A stretch of 39,500 nucleotides of DNA from Escherichia phage Baskent_phicoli_1. Of this stretch, positions 36,237-39,500 are shown in pieces (the first letter of the stretch is position 1; each line of letters opens with the position of its first letter). A program made the translations under genes and the position numbers. The notes under the pieces are model-generated. The model was not told the origin of the DNA. It searched no databases and saw only the letters and a list, made by a program, of their open reading frames with translations. The stretch is taken from sequence record PP766721.1. The stretch is one strand, 5' to 3'.

Positions 36237-36287
36237 ATGTCAATGCCCTGATTGCGACTGGAAGTCACCATACGGAGGACACCATTA

Positions 36288-36452
36288 GTGTTTACGAAAC
36301 TTAAAGCTCGATACCATCGGTTCATGTACAAATGGTGGAGCGATGAAGCAGCCTGCCTGTCGAACATTCTGGGAGACCAGCGGTTCAACTCTGCGGCGTG
36401 GAAGAGAGCTAACCGTAAGTTTATGTATCACTTCTTGCGTACAGACTTCTAG
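36288..36452 (+). CDS. Tentative small protein (54 aa from GTG 36288), C-terminus ...LRTDF
   Basis: GGAGG 9 nt upstream of GTG; ORF-track version starts at TTG 36252; no homolog recognised. Confidence 0.3.
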   Translation: MFTKLKARYHRFMYKWWSDEAACLSNILGDQRFNSAAWKRANRKFMYHFLRTDF

Positions 36453-36497
36453 GTCTAGACTCAAGGTCATTCACATCGAGTGGCCTTTATGATTAGA
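36452..36497 (+). promoter_or_regulatory. Conserved structured element (putative RNase III site, R4.7-like) upstream of gene 5
   Basis: TAGACTCAAGGTCAT-N10-GTGGCCTTTATGATTA. Confidence 0.55.
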
Positions 36498-36515
36498 CTA
36501 AACGGAGGATTAACC

Positions 36516-38687
36516 ATGTTTGACCTTAAGAGTATCTGGGGTTCTGACATCGAGACCAACGGTCTCCTTGATACAGTCTCCCAGTTTCACTGTGGGGTCC
36601 TGATTAACGCCGAGTCGAATGAGACCCTTAAGTATGGGGTGGCTCCGATGGTCGGTATCGTCGGTGGCTTCAAAGAGTATGTGCGGAAGGTGGAAGAGAT
36701 TGCCGCATCACCTGATGGTATGCTGGTATTCCACAATGGTATCAACTATGACGTCCCTGCTATTGACAAGCTGAAACGTCTGTACTTTGGGAAACGATTT
36801 AACTTCCCGAAACACAAGATGATTGATACCTTGGTTCTGGGACGCTTGATGTATCCCAACATTAAGTTCTCAGACATGGGCGCGGTGAAAGCTGGTCGTC
36901 TGCCACCTAAGATGATGGGACGCCAGTCTCTTGAGGCTTGGGGCTATCGTCTCGGTGAAATGAAGGGTGAGTACAAACACGATTACGTTGCCAAGTGCAA
37001 GGCTGAAGGTATCGAATATAAGTCTGGGGACGAATGGTTGTTCCCGTCTCAGGAGATGCTGGACTATAACGTTCAGGACGTTGTGGTCACATTGGCATTG
37101 TTCAAGAAGTTCCTGACTGACAAGTATTACTTCCAGTCTGAACAGTTCGCCTTCGAACAGATTTATGCGTTGCGTCTGGAACATGATGCTGCGTGGACCT
37201 GTGCGAAGATGGAGCGTAACGGCTATCCGATGAACACAGAGATGGTCGAAGGCTTATATCGTGAACTCACTGTCAAACGTGCGGAGTTGCTGGACAAGCT
37301 GCGCTCGACTTTCGGTAGCTGGTATGCACCAAAGGGTGGCAAGGAGTTCTTCAGGCATCCACGTACAGGTAAGGACCTTCCGAAGTATCCGAGAGTCGTG
37401 TATCCTAAGGTCGGTGGCATCTTTAAGAAGCCGAAGAACAAAGCTCAACGCTTAGGTCTTGAACCTTGTGAACGCGATACGCGAGACACGATGGAAGGAG
37501 CACCATTCACGCCAATCACTTACGTTGAGTTTAATCCGGGAAGCGGAGACCACTTAGCGAAAGTCTTGATGGAGCGTGGCTGGGAGCCTGTGGACTTCAC
37601 TGACACTGGGAAACCTGTAGTCGATGACGAGACGTTGGAACACGTTAAGTTACCAGACGCAGAGGCTCAGGCTTGCGTAGAGCTGGTCCGTGAGTATCTG
37701 GTAGTCCAGAAGCGCATCGGGCAGGCTGCTGAAGGTAAGAACGCTTGGTTGAAACTTGTAGGTCCAGACGGACGTATGCACGGTTCAATCAACCCTTGTG
37801 GAGCAGTAACCGGACGTGCGACCCATAGTTCACCAAACATGGCTCAGGTCCCGGCTAACGGTGCTCCGTATGGTGAGACTTGCCGTGGTGCTTTCGGTGC
37901 AGCGTGGAACAAGAAGGACGGTAAGCCAGACCCTTGGATTCAAGTAGGTGTGGACGCCTCAGGTCTTGAGCTTCGTTGTCTGGGGAACCGAGCGGCTCCG
38001 TTTGATGGTGGAGATTATGCGAAGACTGTGGTCGAAGGTGACATCCACTGGGCCAACGCAGTCAACGCTGGGTTAGCACCTAACGTCCCACGCGACAAGT
38101 CGAGCCACGACCACGATGCTTTCCGTAACAACGCTAAGACGTTCATCTATGCGTTCCTGTATGGTGCAGGGGCAGCTAAGATTGGACTGATAGTCGGCGG
38201 TGGTAAGAAGGAAGGCGCGGCCCTGATGAAGAAATTCATTGAGGGTACACCAGCCATCAAGGATCTGCGAGAGGCTGTGCAGAACACGCTCATCTCAGAG
38301 TCGAAGTGGGTAGATGGTGAGAACATCGTGAAGTGGAAACGTCGCTGGCTGAAAGGTCTGGATGGTCGCCGCATTCACATCCGGTCCCCACACTCAGCAC
38401 TTAACGCCCTACTTCAGGGTGATGGTGCGGTAGTCTGTAAGCACTGGATTGTCGAGACCGAGCGTATGCTCGAAGAGGCCGGGTATGTCCACGGCTGGGA
38501 AGGAGACTTCGCGTACATGGCTTGGGTTCACGATGAGCTACAGATTGCGTGTCGTACTCAGGAGATTGCCGAAGAAGTCGTCAAGATTGCTCAACTTGCT
38601 ATGCGTAAGGTGGGTGAGTTCTATAACTTTAAATGTGTCCTTGATACCGAAGGTAAGATTGGACCAACGTGGAAGGAGTGTCACTAA
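36516..38687 (+). CDS. gp5: DNA polymerase, gene 5 (start moved to ATG 36516 with GGAGG SD; ORF-track start 36480 lies in the upstream element)
   Basis: DIExNxLLxxVxxFHCGV, HNGxxYDVPA, IDTLVLxRL, LEAWGYRLGEMKGEY, DYNVQDVVVT, thioredoxin-binding-loop-like PKYPRxxxPKVGGIFKKPKNKAQR, AVTGRATH, DASGLELRCL, NAKTFIYxFLYGAG, AYMAWVHDE match T7 gp5. Confidence 0.96.
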   Translation: MFDLKSIWGSDIETNGLLDTVSQFHCGVLINAESNETLKYGVAPMVGIVGGFKEYVRKVEEIAASPDGMLVFHNGINYDVPAIDKLKRLYFGKRFNFPKHKMIDTLVLGRLMYPNIKFSDMGAVKAGRLPPKMMGRQSLEAWGYRLGEMKGEYKHDYVAKCKAEGIEYKSGDEWLFPSQEMLDYNVQDVVVTLALFKKFLTDKYYFQSEQFAFEQIYALRLEHDAAWTCAKMERNGYPMNTEMVEGLYRELTVKRAELLDKLRSTFGSWYAPKGGKEFFRHPRTGKDLPKYPRVVYPKVGGIFKKPKNKAQRLGLEPCERDTRDTMEGAPFTPITYVEFNPGSGDHLAKVLMERGWEPVDFTDTGKPVVDDETLEHVKLPDAEAQACVELVREYLVVQKRIGQAAEGKNAWLKLVGPDGRMHGSINPCGAVTGRATHSSPNMAQVPANGAPYGETCRGAFGAAWNKKDGKPDPWIQVGVDASGLELRCLGNRAAPFDGGDYAKTVVEGDIHWANAVNAGLAPNVPRDKSSHDHDAFRNNAKTFIYAFLYGAGAAKIGLIVGGGKKEGAALMKKFIEGTPAIKDLREAVQNTLISESKWVDGENIVKWKRRWLKGLDGRRIHIRSPHSALNALLQGDGAVVCKHWIVETERMLEEAGYVHGWEGDFAYMAWVHDELQIACRTQEIAEEVVKIAQLAMRKVGEFYNFKCVLDTEGKIGPTWKECH

Positions 38688-38959
38688 TGGCTATTACTAA
38701 ACGCCTTACCTGTAAGTTTGACATGAAGATTGTAGTTACGTCTGAGGACGTGGAGTCATACGTTCTTAATATGGTGGAGCTTACCAAGGGTTATGTCTCA
38801 GGTGAGAAACTGGACGGCATGGCCCGGAAGCTGGTAGAGACTGCTGTAGAGCAGGGTGTCGAAGCTGCCATTGAGCTGCACCTGAAGTCTGTTCTAGCAT
38901 CCAAACTGAAAGACGAGCTGCAAGGGGTCTACAATATCAGCACGAGGTTCAAGCAATGA
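38687..38959 (+). CDS. gp5.5: gp5.5 homolog (H-NS-binding protein in T7)
   Basis: ATG overlapping gene 5 stop (TAATG); MAxTKxxxxxFDxxxxxxSxDV N-terminus resembles T7 gp5.5. Confidence 0.7.
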   Translation: MAITKRLTCKFDMKIVVTSEDVESYVLNMVELTKGYVSGEKLDGMARKLVETAVEQGVEAAIELHLKSVLASKLKDELQGVYNISTRFKQ

Positions 38960-39165
38960 GTGAATACTTACGGGTCCTAGCGGCCCTTAAGTCCTGCCCG
39001 AAGACCTTCCAGTCCAACTATGTGCGCAACAACGCTGCACTTGTGGCTGAGGCTGCGAGTCGTGGACATCTGAGCTGCCTGTCTACGGATGGGCGTAACA
39101 ATGGTGCGTGGGAGATTACCGCCGAAGGCGTTAAGTTCCTGAACAAACATGGAGGCTGTCTATAA
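38956..39165 (+). CDS. gp5.7: gp5.7 homolog (host RNAP/sigma-S associated inhibitor in T7)
   Basis: 69 aa; MSEYLRVLAALKSCPKTFQSNYVRNNAALVAEAASRGHLSCL...GAWEITAEG...GGC nearly identical to T7 gp5.7. Confidence 0.88.
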   Translation: MSEYLRVLAALKSCPKTFQSNYVRNNAALVAEAASRGHLSCLSTDGRNNGAWEITAEGVKFLNKHGGCL

Positions 39166-39500
39166 TGACCGAGTGTACCCGTTGGACTGGCTATTTCCTA
39201 TCTAATGGGTATGGTCAGATAAAGAAATCTGGCGTCAAGTGGCTGGCTCATCGTCTGATTTACACCGAGAACTTCGGTCCAATCCCGGATGGTCTGGTAG
39301 TCAGGCATAAATGCGACAACCGTTGGTGCGTTAACCCTGAGCACTTAGAGCTTGGGACTCAGCGTGATAACATAAACGACTGCGTTACCCGTGGTCGTCA
39401 CAATAACGCCAAGCTGTCAGACCAGCAGGTCCGTGAAATCCGAAAGGATAAGCGTAGCTCCCGTGCTGTAGCGGCTGACTATGGCATTGACCATAAGGGC
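39165..39500 (+). CDS. HNH homing endonuclease, 5' portion (continues at window start; full gene 384 nt / 127 aa)
   Basis: ATG overlaps gp5.7 stop (TAATG); MTECTRWTGYFLSNGYGQIKKSGVKWLAHRLIYTENFGPIPDGLVVRHKCDNRWCVNPEHLELGT... Confidence 0.85.
   Translation, partial: MTECTRWTGYFLSNGYGQIKKSGVKWLAHRLIYTENFGPIPDGLVVRHKCDNRWCVNPEHLELGTQRDNINDCVTRGRHNNAKLSDQQVREIRKDKRSSRAVAADYGIDHKG

Overview
The window is essentially one complete genome of a lytic T7-like podovirus (Autographiviridae, T7/T3 group), about 39.25 kb, presented circularly permuted. It opens inside an HNH endonuclease gene, and bases 1-252 repeat bases 39249-39500 with one mismatch. All credible genes are on the + strand in canonical T7 order: gene 6 exonuclease, head genes (portal, scaffold, capsid with a -1 frameshift extension), tail tube, internal core proteins, tail fiber, holin, terminase, spanins, then the genome ends, then early genes (Ocr, RNA polymerase), ligase, SSB, endonuclease I, amidase, primase-helicase and DNA polymerase. 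Calls rest on reading the supplied translations against remembered T7 proteins; no database search or computation was run, and element coordinates are hand-counted and may be off by a base or two. Regulatory layer: eleven phage-RNAP promoters with a consensus TAAACTATCACTATAGGGAGA that differs from T7 at -15 to -9, three host-type early promoters, two T7-like terminators (TE, Tphi), and four copies of a conserved hairpin resembling T7 RNase III sites. Most notable departures from T7: a tail fiber with a T7-type N-terminal anchor fused to an AT-rich C-terminal domain (probable depolymerase tailspike), a DUF3850/ASCH-like gene between the tail tube genes, an endonuclease VII-like gene where the 0.7 kinase would be, an HNH gene where gp5.9 would be, a promoter directly upstream of the RNAP gene, and several unassigned early ORFs. 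No tRNA, CRISPR, integrase or lysogeny genes were seen.
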